Shown: positions 4,993-5,019 of the stretch, one piece after another
Numbering within the stretch: position 1 is the first letter of the stretch
Layout: the number at the start of each line of letters is the position of its first letter
DNA from: a virus
IMG/VR virus record: IMGVR_UViG_3300029815_000161
Coordinates: 1 to 5,019 of that record
DNA length: 5,019 nucleotides
Strand: one strand, 5' to 3'
Translations under genes and position numbers: made by a program
Notes under the pieces: model-generated
The model's input: only the letters and a program-made list of their open reading frames with translations
Databases searched by the model: none
Told to the model about the DNA's origin: nothing

Positions 4993-5019
4993 TAATCTAA
5001 TAAAGAGCGTATCAAAAAA
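4921..5019. repeat. Terminal redundancy, copy 2 of 2
   Basis: Identical to nt 1-99. The window ends inside the A-run that precedes the terminator hairpin. Confidence 0.95.

Overview
The window is one complete circular genome of a small ssDNA phage with Gokushovirinae-type (Microviridae) organisation, given linearly with a terminal overlap. Nt 1-99 are identical to nt 4921-5019, so the genome unit is 4,920 nt. All credible genes are on the + strand and tightly packed. In order they are: VP3 internal scaffold (181-663); VP1 major capsid (about 787-2436, apparently TTG-initiated); VP2 minor capsid/pilot (2451-3137); a small N-terminally hydrophobic ORF (3150-3389); a 36-aa arginine-rich J/ORF8-like peptide absent from the ORF track (3386-3496); VP4 HUH rolling-circle Rep (3539-4450); an orphan ORF with no canonical start (about 4488-4733); and a TTG-initiated VP5-like nonstructural protein (4711-4992, whose 3' end is duplicated at 1-72). 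Non-coding signals are two near-consensus sigma70 promoters with extended -10 boxes (3493-3521, 4434-4462), one clean rho-independent terminator (102-132), and a 49-nt near-perfect intergenic stem-loop (664-712). The 9-nt loop of that stem-loop contains ACTTGAT, the core of the phiX174 origin nick site. I see no tRNA, rRNA, CRISPR array, integrase or transposase. Protein family calls rest on motifs I recognise by eye, not on database searches.
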